Of a stretch of 64,000 bases of DNA, positions 27,374 through 41,092 are shown piece after piece (within the stretch, counting starts at the first letter, position 1; each line of letters begins with the position of its first letter). The notes under the pieces were generated by a model that worked only from the letters and a program-made list of their open reading frames with translations, was not told where the DNA came from and ran no database searches. The translations under genes were made by a program, and so were the position numbers. Source of the stretch: Aplysia californica (Eukaryota); the NCBI RefSeq assembly GCF_000002075.1, contig NW_004797297.1:1847323-1911322 (forward strand). The letters are read 5' to 3'.

Positions 27374-28854
27374 TTTGTTATGTCCTGGACAACTTGTACA
27401 AGTAGAAACAGCAAGTATTTTCAGTCTATACAAAAAAACAATGTATGAATTTATTTCGTTGATAAAATAACAACAAAAACTACAGAATTGGTTAAAAATA
27501 ATTTTGAAAAAAATTCTTATTTCTTGTTTTAAGGAATTTCCCCTTTTTCATAAATCAATTAATAAAAAAAGGTTATCCTATTTGGCATAGTAATTCCCTT
27601 ACCGACACCATAGCGTCCCCGGTGATGAAAATGGTTTCTATTAGATTTGGTCGTCTAAAATATGGTACATTAGACGGAATAGATCCTGATGCCCATGCCA
27701 CTCATGCCACGAACTGAAAGTGAAAGAAGCAGCATGAGCGAGCACTCGCGCGTGCATTCTCACAAACACGTCTTTGACAGTTCATGCGATCCTTTATGGG
27801 TATTTTTCTATGGAGGAGGGGGCCAACACTCATGAAAAAAAAGGAAAAGGGCGTGAGGGGGGGGGGGCGCACAAACAAAACACGCATTTTTATGATAGGC
27901 CTACATGTTTTGTGAACGTAAAGAGTGGTTCTCAATCTCATTGATAGTAGCCTAAAGTCCATAAGTCCATGTAGTCCCGCTTGTGAATAACTTGAGGCAG
28001 TCATGAAGACAATTGGGACAATAGGCTACTAATAAATCAGCTGTATTTACTTCAGCTTATCTGTGACAACGACTCAATTTGATTGACGGATTATATTTAT
28101 AATAATATATACGGAACCTTTTCTATTCTCTGATCCTTTACTGTGACAAGGGCAAGGGGAGGGGGGGGGGGGGGGTTATCGTGAAACAACAGCCGGGTGC
28201 GTATACATAGTATGAAGAGCTATCAAACAACAGTACTGTTCTTCATCACTGACACGAGAGCAAAGTCATTACATTCCATTCCAGAAGCTTTAATATTATT
28301 ACCTTCTCTCGTCCTCGTTCTCAGAAGTAAGTTTTATTATTAGTTTCACTTTCAAATTATCAGTCTATTCAGCTTGCAGGGAATTCTTGGAAAGAAAACG
28401 TTCCCAGAAAGTGGTTAAGGCAACCCTTACTACATGATTTCGTCCAGTTGATTCAGATTCCAAGAAAAAAGAAATGGGCCTACATGTAGCTAACTGAAAT
28501 TACCAACATAAGTTTGGCTTGGTAGTGTAACAGTAAACAGGAGTGGTTTAGACGCTTTTGCAAAATGTCAGCATGACGAGGTTTCTAATTTTAAAGCATT
28601 GTTTTTGCTTTTTCTGTTGTAGATCATAGAATTCGATGGAGAGCAGCCGGATTAATATGGATTCTGATGTGGAGTTGTTTCGTTGTCAAGAAAAGGCGCT
28701 GGTTTCAGTAACAAGAAGAAGAAGGCCAAACTGGAAGATCTAATTTTACAGTCTTTTCATTATCAACTATTAAGAAAATAAACGGATTATCAAGCACATA
28801 AACATACACAATGTAACCCCCTTTGGGGGGGGGGGGGGGGGAGGAGGGGGGGGT

Positions 28855-29349
28855 AAGTCTTATACAGCGCTCGCAACTGCATGATTAAGGTCATATGAGC
28901 GCGCGGGATACATGAAATATTTTCAGTAGGTAGGAAATTATTAATTTTGCTTGGGTGGCAGCCGAAGCCTATTCTTATCGATTTTAGACCACCAAGGGAT
29001 CTTTAATGTGCGTAACTTGCACACGAGACCTCCGAGATTTTTCACCCTTGTCCGAGAAGGCTAGGTGTCCTTCTTTCCTACCATAGAGTCAGGGGTGCTG
29101 ACGAAAGACAGCAGTAAGAAGCCAAAAAGTAGCAGTAGAAAGCCTGCAGAAAAAGTCAAGAGCCCAGGGGTGTGGGCAGAAAAAGGAGACGAAAGCAGAC
29201 AACAGAACAATGCTAGAGAGCAGGAAAAGGGGTTAAGGGAGACAATACATGTATTTTAGAGAAGAAAATTGTTCCGTCGATACCCGCATTCGAACCCTGG
29301 ACCCTTGAATGAGAGAAGAACACGTTAACCTCTAGGCCATTTGAACCCC
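28855..29349 (-). mobile_element. tRNA-derived Deu/Nin-like SINE (copy B)
   Basis: Reverse complement shows TGGCCTAGAGGTTAA (A box), GGTTCGAATGC (B box), CACATTAAAGATCCC core and the shared 3' tail. Confidence 0.87.
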
Positions 29350-29690
29350 TTATTGTACCCTTAGTAAGAGTTGTTCGGATGAGAAAGAAAATGAACGTCA
29401 CAATTTAATTTAATTCAACATATATGTAATATAAGGCAGTTATCATTTTGATACATGTATACCGGGTTATCTTGACATTCCTACTCTAATACTAGCACAT
29501 GTAATCTTACAGCTGAACCTGTTTTAATGCTTATTATATGGCCACCTGTACGATAATTACTCGTAGGCTTATAAATGGCTACTTCCTATTTTTTCCCCCC
29601 ATTGCGTTTTTTTTTTAACATTGAAAGAAGACAGCCACTTGTCTTCTCGACAATGAGTGCTGTCTTGAGTTGAGTCTCAGACAATTTCAA

Positions 29691-29836
29691 GGCCCTGAGA
29701 GAGGAAACATGGCCAACTCCACAGACACTGTACTACAGGAGAAGCTCTATACGGGCCGACAGATGAACTAAGCAGGACGGCGGACAGATACCGGACTTCA
29801 AGTGTGATATAAATAATTATGCAATCGAGAAGAAGA
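29691..29836 (+). mobile_element. 5'-truncated LINE 3' end with (GAA)n tail, inserted into a small TA-flanked MITE (29510-29851)
   Basis: 12-bp TSD AGACAATTTCAA at 29679-29690 and 29837-29848. Residual coding ALREETWPTP. Tail GAGAAGAAGA. Confidence 0.8.
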
Positions 29837-31855
29837 AGACAATTTCAACTGTATATATATAGGATACGCATGTAATAATACTACCATCCTTCTAAAATAT
29901 CTAGAAATTATAAATTTTACTTACTTGTACATGTAGGCCTACATTCCCTTTTATTTCTACCCAAAACTCATTCTTTTGCAAGTCAGTTGTCCCGTTTCAT
30001 GCCACAAACCAGTTGCTGACAATAGAAAAACCTATTTTATCTTTCACATGTCATTTGTACATGTACTATGGAAAAAAAAAGCCGTCTTGTCTTCATTTGT
30101 CTTCAAATGGTTTTACATCTATATATCCACTGCATCCGAACACGAGAAGCAGTCACCCTCTTACTATAATGGAGAATCAACACTTATTAAAAAGTATAAT
30201 TTGATGTAGGCTTTCGTGATATCTACTTGTTTACTCTGCCTACTATTTGCTTTCATGTTTTTAAGTTGCCATTCTTATTCTTAACCCATCAAAACAAAAC
30301 TATACAAAGTGTATTAAACTCAAGCGAGTACAAACCAACAGTTATGAATCTACTCCAATGGAAGGACCATACTCATCACACAACATTCTGGCAAATCTCT
30401 TTATTTACTTTATGCCATTCAACACATTCTATTTTAAAATCTTAGTCTCCTGAAGATTTAAACAAACTTTCAAGCCATTATGAGAGTACACTATAAATAT
30501 ACTGATTTCATTCAAAGCTCTGTTTGTGATTATTGCCAAGTCAAGATTTAAACCAATTTGCGGACCCCTTTGAGAGTGTGTACAGCTTTCATTCAAAGCC
30601 CTGAACTAGAATTTTTAAACGCGGACAGATGAAAGTGAACAAGCTATAAACATACAATTTCATTCCTACCTGCAAATATACAGTAGCACCATTACCACTT
30701 TATCTGTTACAATGCCACCTGAGCAATGCACACAACAGTAACTTTGTGCATGTAGTCATGTAGTTTACTGCAAGTCAGCACATTTACAATTATGGTTTAT
30801 AAGGAAACAGATATATAGAGGGCTATAATACAGAAAATAGGAGCACTGAAAAAGAAGTAGAAATAGAAACAAACCACAGACAGGAACCGACCAAATACAG
30901 AGACATAATATAAGAGAAAAAAGCAGGGTAAGGAGAGGCAAAGATTAAAGACAGCCTGCCATTCTACTGATGAAGTAAGTTATGTAAACTCTGAGAAGTG
31001 CAATACAGCGACACTGTAAAAAAAAATTTGTTGGTACTGGAGTAAAACTATTTTAGAGGGCATGTCAAACACTCAAAGAAAAAACATAAGTAACCCCCCA
31101 ACCCCATAAAAAAAAGAAACAAAAAGAAAACAAAAAACAAAACCAAAAAAATACCCAGCAACAACTTAATTCCACTGATAGAACGAGTCACCTTCTCGTG
31201 TTAATAAATTTGTGCAACTATTATGAAAGTAATGAAAGAAAAGCATATTTGAAATGTCAAATTTTCATCTTTATTTACACTTGTTACATTTTTATGAACC
31301 ATTTCATAATAATAATAACAGACCTACTCAACACATATCAATATATATATATCATTTACAGGTAACCACCAATAAAGCACAGATCAATATTAGTAGGCTG
31401 CTGGTAAAATCATTTCCACACCACATACATGTGTATGTACATGCTTTCAATATTTTCTTTTTCACTTCCCTTCAATTTTAAATAGTTTTTAAAATTCTGT
31501 TGTTAGAGTTATGAAGCAGCTTTAACTCAGTCGGGAAGTAACGTAAGCAAATTATTAATCTTTCTCAGCAATGAAAAATCAAGAAATGAGAGCAGTAAAT
31601 GAATTGGATGATGAATTCAAAACGTTAAAAACAGTACATTGTGTAATATTGTAATTTTGTCATTTTACATTCTCTTTAGTTTATTTTCCTCATTAAGTTC
31701 TACTCTATCATGAAAACACACCAAAGATATCCACAGTTCCTGACTGTTGTGCTCCTTTGTGATTAGCCACTGTTCCATTGTTTCATTTTTACACATTCCA
31801 AACATACTCATCTACACACACACACACAGACACACACACTCACAATATAATAAGA

Positions 31856-34800
31856 TCAAAGGTCAAGACTTGGCTTTGTCTTGAATTTCTTCGCAGCACG
31901 ATCTCCGGGCTTTACTATGAACTGATTCCCGTGGATTGTGAAGACATAATCATGCAAAACTATAGTGAATATACTGTTGGCTTTAGGAATACCTGAAAAA
32001 GGAAAGAAAACAATAAAATCAATAGTGGCCATTAGTGAAGAGCACGGAGTCTATCTATAATCTGACGTACGCTGATGTAATAGTAATAGTAATAATAATA
32101 ATAGTTGATCTGTCAATGTCTGATGATGACCAATTCATGCACAGAGGGGAATGTCTTTTAAGCTACATAATACATAAAAAAGAAAATAGGATAAAGATGA
32201 CTTGTGACTTCTGCTATAGCCGATGAGACCAACACTGGCAAAGAGGAGTTGGCCACAATTTGAACATACATTAGCTTCACTTCTACATGTGACTGTGCAG
32301 CTTGCACACTTGCAGGCTTCTTTCTTGGCTTCATCAATTCTACTTTGTGAAGCTTCATATGATTTGCTGCCCTTTGTGATCGCTGCTCTCCAACAGGGTC
32401 TGTCAGGTTAATGTAGATTGCAAACAAATATCTAGGATTAGGGTATTCATTTATTCAATATCTATGTATAAATAAAATACCTCTATGACAAAAACACATA
32501 ACACTTTACCAAACTAAGTAGCCATGATAAAATATGTTGGTGCAGGTAAAAAAAAAGTTTGCAGTAATTTTGTAATAGTAATATAAAGGTATGTTTGTTG
32601 ATTGATAGTACTCTTCTGCACTTCTCATAATTTGATATCAGACCACTTCTTCTATCTTTTACTACCCAAGCACTGAAAACATATAAAACAAAGTAAATAA
32701 AACGTTATTTTACTCAGCTTCTTCAGAAATTAGTCCTAGAAATGGGAACACAAAAGAATAAAACTAATTTTATATTATACAAACGAAATAGCATATGAAA
32801 AAAATCAAACAAACACACCCAGCAACACCTTTTTCTGAATAGCAAGGCTAAGTCTCAGTAAAAGACACTGCTCTCTAACAGCTATTGCTATTTGATATTG
32901 CTTGAAATTTTTTCATGACAGAGTTAATTCATCAGCCAACAACTGTGTTCACCGCTGTTCCTATTGTTTACTCACTTTCTACAAAGTGTGAGCAAAGTCA
33001 GCAAGCGTCTTACATCATGGCACAATAAATTCATATGTCTGTTCTTTGAGAGACCGGAACATCATTTTCTTTTTGATGTTTGAATTTTGAAACTTCAGCC
33101 ACCACCATTAACCCTTTGTTCTATTACCAAATCCTGTATTCAGGGAGAAGAATCATCAATAACTAATTATCAAGGTAGAAACTTTGCAAGACACTACAGT
33201 ACAGCAACCTACTTTTGATTTCATTACAAGGCGTCACCAAAACAAACATGTTTCTGGTCTCCTGAATAACAATGCCTGAAACTCCAATGTAACTGGGACA
33301 CTTCGACTTTCGCACAGACAGAGGACAACCATGAAGATCAGCCTTCATCATCTTCTGAGCTGCTGCAGGTAAGTTTAAATTTGGTGAGCTGAAATAAAAA
33401 CCACATATTTTACACATTTAAAGTGACAATTTATAATTCAACATCCTTACAAAAGAAAAGTTAAAACAACTTCATAACAACTCTGGAAGGGCCTATTTAT
33501 TTTAGTTTACCTCAGTGCTCAGGTGATATAAAGAGGTGAAGAGAACTATGATGCATGGCCAAATAAGGAGAAAGGCAGCGGCTATTTTTATGGTCCCCTA
33601 AAGAAGGTTCTAGAGGTTATTTTTATGGTCCTGCATAGACGGTCTCGGGGCTATTTTTACAGTCATGTATTGTAAAGATGGTCTTCGCTGCTATTTTTAC
33701 GGTCATGTAAAGATGGTGTTCAGGGTTACTTTTACTGTCATTAGATTACATGAAAAATGTACATGAACTTACATCTGATGTTGTTGTTCTTATTATTGAT
33801 ATTTCATTAGCTAAGAAGTGCTGTTGTCATTCAAATGTGAAATCTGGATTCTAGATCTAGTTAGGAACTGGATTTTATTAGATCTAATTGCTTTACAACT
33901 TTGTCATTTTTGCAATATCTAATTTTTGTCATTTTTGTTGGGAGCTATTCTGATTTGTAAGCAGCGCGTACATGTGTTTAGAGCCATTAATTTATATTTG
34001 ATTCAGCTTTGTACTCCTATTACTTGATTCTTTAATCATTTGGCATTATAAGGAGTCGACTCCCATTAATCACTTGACACTAATAGGAATCAGAGATTGC
34101 ATCCGACCTAGTCATGACAAAATTACGGTAGTTTGCGCATTTTTAGAGGTAAAGAAAGGGGTAGGGTTAGAGTTGGGGTTGGGGTAGGGCTAGGAGTTGG
34201 GTCTCTTCTTTATTATATTTGTTGAGGGTTAAGGTTAGGGGTAAGGGTAGAGGTAGAGTCAGGATTAGCCCCCCTGATTAGTTGTAGTCTTTTCTTTTTT
34301 TTTGGGGAGGAGGAGGGGGGCTGATTAAGGTAAGTTTTAGGGTTAGGTTTTTCTTCTTCCGTTAAAACATGTGCGAAATGAAATGGTCAAGTGTTTTTTT
34401 CTCTTCATCCCTTACCGTGACACGGGCGAACAAAAAAATAAAACAAAGGTAGACCGGTATGGGGGCTTTCGTGGCCTAGAGGTTAAAGTGTTCTCCTTTC
34501 ATTCAAAGGTCCCTGGTTCGAATCCGGGTAGCGACGGAAAAATTTTCCTCTCTAAAATGGTCTCCTTTCACCTCCTTTCCTGCTCTCTAGCAATGTTCTG
34601 TCGCCTGCTTTCGTCTCCACTTTTTTCCCCCACCCCCTCACCTCCTTTGCTCCCTCCTCTGGGCTTCTGACTCTTTCTGCAGCCTTTCTACTGCTACTCC
34701 TTGGCTCCTTCTCACTGCTGACTTTCAGCCACACCCCTGACCTTCTGGTAGGAAAGATCTACACCTAACCTACTCGGACAAGGGCGAAAAATCTCGGAGG

Positions 34801-37800
34801 TCCCCTGTGCAAGTTATGCACGTTAAAGATCCCTTGATGGTCGAAAATCGATAAGAGTAGGCTTCGACCACCACCCAGGCAAAACTCCAAATTTCCAACC
34901 AACTGAAAATGTTTAATGAGTCCCGCGCGCTCATATGACCTTATACAGTTGCGAGCACGTAAAACACTTTCACCATAAAAAAAAAGTAAATCTCGCTGTA
35001 TTTCAAAGCTTCATTGATCATTTTCTTGGGGCAACCCTGGAGTGCATTTTAATTGTGCGGGTACATCTTTTATAGAGTGTAACAGCAGCTGATTTCAAAT
35101 CAACATCAGTTGTATTTCAAGACTTCGAAAATTGAAAATTCTTGTCCAACAGCGAATTGAGGAGAAGCTTCCTCCATCATTTTGGCGCTTACTTTAATTT
35201 CGGAAGTTGAAAGTGAAAAAGACTTCAACTTCAGTACAGAAAAGCATCTTTGTCGTAAAAATAGCCCGGAAGACCATCTTTATAGGACCTTAAAAATAGC
35301 CCCGAAGACCATCTTTACATGACTGTAAAAATAGCCCAGAGAACCTTCTTTACAGGACTGTAAAAATAGCCACTGCGAAGGAGAAAACAAGCATAGCATA
35401 AATTATTGAAGAAGCCCAAAATTTGCCCTTTTCCCAAGGGAAATACAAAATTTTGCGAGTAAAAGTACCCTTCACTTTTGTGGTATTAAGTGTCTGAAAC
35501 AGATTCTCATAAATGTTTAAAAAATTCCTATTCATTCAATTTTTAAGAATGAAATTGAGAGCAAGAAAATCTCTCAAGAGACAAGTTCAGCCAAGAACTA
35601 GTATTTTAATATGTTGACCAGTTTACAGTGGATGGCTAATGCAGAAGATTCAGAACATTTTTTAAAGAATTGACAAGGATGAATGTCTTGTCCATCTGCC
35701 ACAAGTTAACCCTTCCGGCCCCATATGCGTATACTTTCAGCAGCACTTGTACCTCCCATTGTCCCAAGAGTGTACGGTAAATTTTTTGTTTCGAAGGAGG
35801 GAGATACCAAATTCACGCATTTTTTAAAATGGCGGTGAACCTAACTAAAATTTATTTTTCATAATATTTGTTCGTTTACTTTTAAACATTGTTCTATGTT
35901 ATTATCTAAAACTCATTACGAAAATACTGCATCACTTTTTAGAATGCATGCCTCTTTTTCTGAAATACTGCTGTATAGGCTGAGACTGGGGTTACGGAGT
36001 GCACAAAAATGGCTGGGGCTGGAAGGGTAAAGAGAAAGCACTTCCCAGCCTTCAATTGACCTGACAAACATTTTCATGCTAAATTTACTGAGGTTTAAAA
36101 TCTAAAATGTCCGAAATTAGTTATTAATATGTATCATATCAGCAGGATATGATATAAATTTTGATGGATAAATGACCGTCTCTTACAGGGAAAATAATGT
36201 TAAGTGAAATATCTTATTGTTTTCATGCATCAAGTGGCAATGTGCAAGTTAACCCCGAAAGTCCCAATTCGGCTCAAAACTATGGATTTTAAGTTGTAGG
36301 CATTTTTAGCTTCTTCAGCCTCTCTTACAACTATTTCATCGCATAAGAACCCTCTAAAGCCTTATTCTTCCCATACCGGGCATGTTTGTCTCCACCATTT
36401 CCTTATAAGTAAAGTAAATATTTTTTTTTTTCTTTATCGTCTGTTTTCTCGAAATGTGGTTTTTCTCTAAAAAAATTTAAATAACTCCTCCACCATTTTT
36501 CTTCCAATCTTCATGAAATTTTCACAGAATGAAGAAAAGATTTGATACTAAAAATATGTGTGACGAATTTTTGACGGAAATTTTTATGTTGGTGGTGTTT
36601 GGAGAGTGGATTTTCACAGATTTTTGCAAACGCTAATATCACCTCGGAAAAAAATTAATTAAAAATTTTCTAGTACGTTTAGGAAAAATTCATTATGTTT
36701 GTCTCCACCATTTCCTTATAAGTAAAGTCAATCTTTTATTTTTCTTTATCGTCTGTTTTCTCGAAATGTGGTTTTTCTCTACAAAAATTTTAATAACTCC
36801 TCCACCATTTTTCGTCCAATCTTCATGAAATTTTCACGGAATGAAGAAAAGATTTGATACTAAAAATATGTGTGACGAATTTTTGACAGAAATTTTTATG
36901 TTGGTGGTGTTTGGAGAGTGGATTTTCACAGATTTTTTGCAAACGCTAATATCACCTCGGAAAAAAATTAATTAAAAATTTTCTAGTACGTTTAGGAAAA
37001 ATTAATTACACGAATTTGCAGATCTATTGTTTGCCAAGATGCAGGCAAAACACCCCAATTTATTACCATAAAAAATAGGTGCAGTATTAATTAAGTTAGA
37101 CATGTCAACAAAATCCAATATGGCCACCATATCCAAGGAAACGAATTTTTGGCCTCATATTTGATTGTGGATTTTAACACTTTGCCATCATAAGGCTCAT
37201 ATTGTAAAAACCCTTGCCATCAAAGCAAAGGCATTATGGGGAAAACCCAAAGAAACTGGGCGGTAAACATCGCCGATCGGCGAGATGTGATGGCAAAGAG
37301 TTAAGACTCCTTACTATGCTTGTTATATGTGTGAAATTCTGTAACATTTGATCCACTAACAAGCGAAATAGCCTTCAGCTGCCCCCTCCCCCTGATGAAA
37401 ATATGCCAAAAGATGTTAGCCTCCTATTCTTACTTCGCCAAGAAAAATATAAATTAAAACAACAGGGACTGGAAAAGAAACAATCTGCTTGTTTCTTATA
37501 AGAAGAAAATAGGTATACAACACTGAATCAGAAGAAGGGAAATTTTAGTCCGTTTTATTTGGCAACAAGCCACCCAGTTCTTACTTCTATCAGTAACATT
37601 TAACTACATTTATGTCAATAGTATCTCTTTCCATATTAGGATGGGTCAGCTGAACAAAAATTAGACAAAATACCACAAGATACTAATTCAAACCTAGTGC
37701 ATCCAGAAATCAATCGCCTGATAAAATGCAAATTTTAATCATGAGAATTGGACACTTCTTACTTTGAATCAAATTTAAAGTGAGCACTGCTTACTAGTCT

Positions 37801-40684
37801 TGTGCACTACTCAATACTTTACCCCTTGCAAACCCTTGATACGGTACTACTTGAGCTAAGGTAAGCTACTAAATAGGGTTTAACTCTTTATTTACAGTCA
37901 TATTCATAAGGCATGATGGGCGTTACGGGAGGCAATTGTAACAACTGCACGTAAGGGGGGTGGGGGAGGAGAGTCCCGTGGATCTTTGCAAGGGACCTTA
38001 TTTGTATCAGCCTCCGGATTCTCTTTACCTTTTTCTTTTGATATGTTTTTCATTTATTTATTTATTTATTTATTTAGCGTTTCAGTTCCATCTATTCCAA
38101 TAGTATGTACAAATGAACCACTTTGATTGGGAACTTTTCATTTAGTGCAAAAACAGAGGTTCTTTCCAAGTGCCATGACTGACTACAGACTACACAAACA
38201 CACATACCGTCGTCTTAATGCTTAACTTGAACAAAACACACAACTTTAAAAGTAACCAAATTTACTGACTAACCCAAAGAGAGCAACTCTCCGCACTATA
38301 CGCCTTGACATCACTGACTTCTATTTAATGAAATAAAAACCTCAGCCACTTTCCCCACCGTTCTCGCCCCATAACCCATTACAGTGCTGCAACAGACAAA
38401 TATGGGGCACGTTGATGTAATATCAAAGCGACAGTAGGGGAGGAGATAAAATCGCTGGGGAGTAACGAGTGCTCGACACAGCACTACAGCTTACATACAG
38501 TAGATGAAATTACATGTCAAGGTAAACAAAAGAAAAAGTAATCTTATGCAATGATATAAAGTCTGTGCTGAGAGGTCCTCTCTTAGAGTTAGTCAGTTAA
38601 TTTGGTATGCCTTATTATACAAGTTTTACCTTAAAAGTTCCAGAATTTACATGGGAACAGAAAACTTCTCGTGGTGAATTTACTTGGTACGAAAGGGGTT
38701 AACTGGTTTCAAACAGTAAATCTCAAGCTCATTTAGACATTCCAGCTCAATTTTTTCATTAAAAAATAAACATACCTTGAAAATTGAATCAGTTCCTCAA
38801 TGTACTTTGTCCACATTTCTTTGAGAGGCAAGTAAGTAGAATAGCTGCAGGGAGAAAACAAGGGGAAAATAACTGAATTCCTATTCATGGTAGACAAATG
38901 CATGTAAGTGTTTCCAGTGTTATTCTGTACCTGCATCAGGTGGCAGTTTCAATCTAAAATTTATGTGCCAGATTACAGAACTCCTGAACTGCGAAACACG
39001 TACTCACCACCTCACATCAATATGTCTGAAGCATGAAAATGTCACACTTCACAGTTCAGAGTACAAGGGGAAAATTTTAAAAAGCCAGCAAGTTGGTTGA
39101 GTTCCCTCTGTGATGAAAGTAGATAAAAAATCGTGAACTTTAGAAGTGAAGCTGGAATAAACAACATCTTTAGGCAAAATGTTTCTTCAAATGGATAGAT
39201 TAGACTTTAGACAGACAGTTACTACCTTGTCTTTTTACCACATTCCAGTTTCCAGTCCAGCTTTGCTTTCACTTTAGTCCGTGCACCAACGCCAGCCTTG
39301 GATTTACCACGCTTTTTCTTCCTTCTTCGAGAGCAATCCACAGACTCAAACTTAGCGCTCAAGTCTGTGTCGGTTTTCAATCTGTTTGTAGGTAAATGCT
39401 TTCCAAGGAATGAAGTCACGTATGTGGTTCGAGCACCGCTACTCTGTAGAGTTCACATTAGACATAATAGATGTACACACACATATAAATATGTAAATAT
39501 ATAAATAGTACATACACTACTACTTATTTTATCACATATTACTACTAACACAACTCAACCAAAGACTTGATAGTCCAGAAAAAAGTATTAATTTCTATTG
39601 ACAAAGAATCTGATTTGAAACCTAGTCTCCCCCCCCCCCCCATTCACAACCCACCAATCCATACACTATGATATACCTCTCCTCCCTTGTCATTTTGATG
39701 TTACTTCATTGTGTCACATGGGGACAGTGGGATGAGTCGCTGAGTTTGCTTTTATTTAATTAAGTTAATGACTTTGAGGCTTAGTGAACTAGTGTTTTCA
39801 TTTTCGTAAGAGTTTTACGGCACTTGCAACACAATAAGGTCATATAAGTGCCGAAGAATAGATGTGTTACAAGAGACTTACATACAGGAGGAGAGATAAG
39901 GATGATAGATGTTTGATAGGAAAGAAGGAACAAACAACACCAGAGCACCCGCCACCCACCCACAGGCATATAGTGTTGAGAGTTACTCTTCACCTGTTAG
40001 TCAGGATGATTACATGAGATAACTTTTCAGTTGCGTGTTAGGCAGGCAGGCGTATTTGTTCTAAGTGGTACTCTTGTTTACGTTAATTATTAAGCAGACA
40101 GTGAGCGTGTTGTGTATAAATATTATCAGTCATGGAACTGGGGAATTGATGACTGAAATCGGACAAAAATACAGTAATTTGTAATGTCTGCAAAACAAAG
40201 ATGTTTATTGCGGTGATACTCAAGCATATAATCCTATTGAGAAGTGTCCCTTAACTCGAGCACAGAGCATTCTAGTAGTGTCAAGCTTGGCATCAAGGGC
40301 TTGAGAACTCGTGAGCAGTATATGTGTTCTGCACAGCATTAGTAATTTGTATTTCGGTATATTCTTATTTTGTGACATATGTTGCATCATACTGTTCCAT
40401 GTCACATCTACCGACAGTAGACAAAACTGTATCAGCAGAGGATACACACACAATAAAATTGGAAAAAAGTGTTAGCATTTATAAAAACCTTTATGACTAA
40501 TAGAATTTTGTCATGAGCTAATGTGAAATCCGCAAAATAGTAAGATGCAGTAAGATGATACCCAAAAATATTCGATAACACAAAAAGATGATTAGAGAGA
40601 CAAAGTCACCTTGTCTCACAGCTCTTACCATTTGATTTGCTTTGCCTCCAAGATCTGCTTGACTTAGTTCTTGGTAAGCTTCAG
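31856..40684 (-). CDS. POP4: Ribonuclease P/MRP protein subunit p29 (POP4/Rpp29); first short coding exon upstream not resolved
   Basis: Exons 40629-40684, 39226-39443, 38776-38844, 33213-33388 and 31856-31992 join in phase. Motifs YLPLKEMWTKYI, KMMKADLHGCPLSVRKSKCPSYIGVSGIVIQETRN and IPKANSIFT...IHGNQF...RAAKKFKTKPSLDL* are POP4 signatures. A phase-1 upstream exon is needed. One weak candidate is ATGAAAATAA|gtaccg at 44884-44893. Confidence 0.95.
33574..35377. mobile_element. Mutator/foldback-like non-autonomous element with modular TIRs, in POP4 intron
   Basis: 9-bp TSD AAGGAGAAA at 33565-33573 and 35378-35386. Inverted arms are built of ~34-bp units (GGCTATTTTTACRGTCATGTAAAGATGGTCT..). 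Contains SINE copy C and telomere-like repeats. Confidence 0.85.
34461..34985 (+). mobile_element. tRNA-derived Deu/Nin-like SINE (copy C, full length)
   Basis: GTGGCCTAGAGGTTAA A box, GGTTCGAATCC B box, pyrimidine-rich body, GCACGTTAAAGATCCC...GATAAGAGTAGG core, hairpin tail and A-run. Confidence 0.9.
35710..36027. mobile_element. piggyBac-type MITE
   Basis: TTAA|CCCTTCCGGCCCC ... GGGGCTGGAAGGG|TAAA, TIR with one mismatch. Confidence 0.75.
36383..37005. repeat. Near-identical tandem duplication of ~313 bp, probably within a TTAA-flanked element (~36250-37305)
   Basis: ATGTTTGTCTCCACCATTTCC...GTTTAGGAAAAATT occurs at ~36382-36690 and again at ~36696-37003. Confidence 0.9.
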
Positions 40685-41092
40685 CTGAAAGATGCAAAGA
40701 GAAGTATTTCATCTTCACTTCATTAAAAAGTAAATGATTCTGAGATTATGAATTAAAGAGGTAGTGTTGTTACATAATACATATAATTATTTCAGCTGCA
40801 TTTGAAGAACACTGAATGAACTATAAAACATAGGCACGTGATAAACACAGCGTTGAAAAAAAAAAGAAAAGTCATTTAAAGAAAAGCTGAACAAGAAAAT
40901 GGTTTAATATCCTTTCCCTCTCAAAATTTCTATTTTCTAAGAAAATAAGGAATCATAAAAATTGATCCAATGAGAAGACTTTTTTAGCTTCCAGGATAAA
41001 TATACTTTTTACATATTGCACAACTACATTTTTAATTGTTTGACAAATAAAAAATTCTTTTGATAATCTTCAACTTCAATAAAAGCCATAAA

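Noticed and set aside
34158-34350. Interstitial telomere (also ~45140-45205)
   Set aside because: Short, degenerate GGGTTAG-like motifs embedded in transposon-like sequence, not a true (TTAGGG)n array.
34461-34540. tRNA genes (also ~1000-1067, ~29285-29349, ~56231-56310)
   Set aside because: A and B boxes are present, but each continues into the same SINE body and lacks a clean cloverleaf. These are SINE heads.
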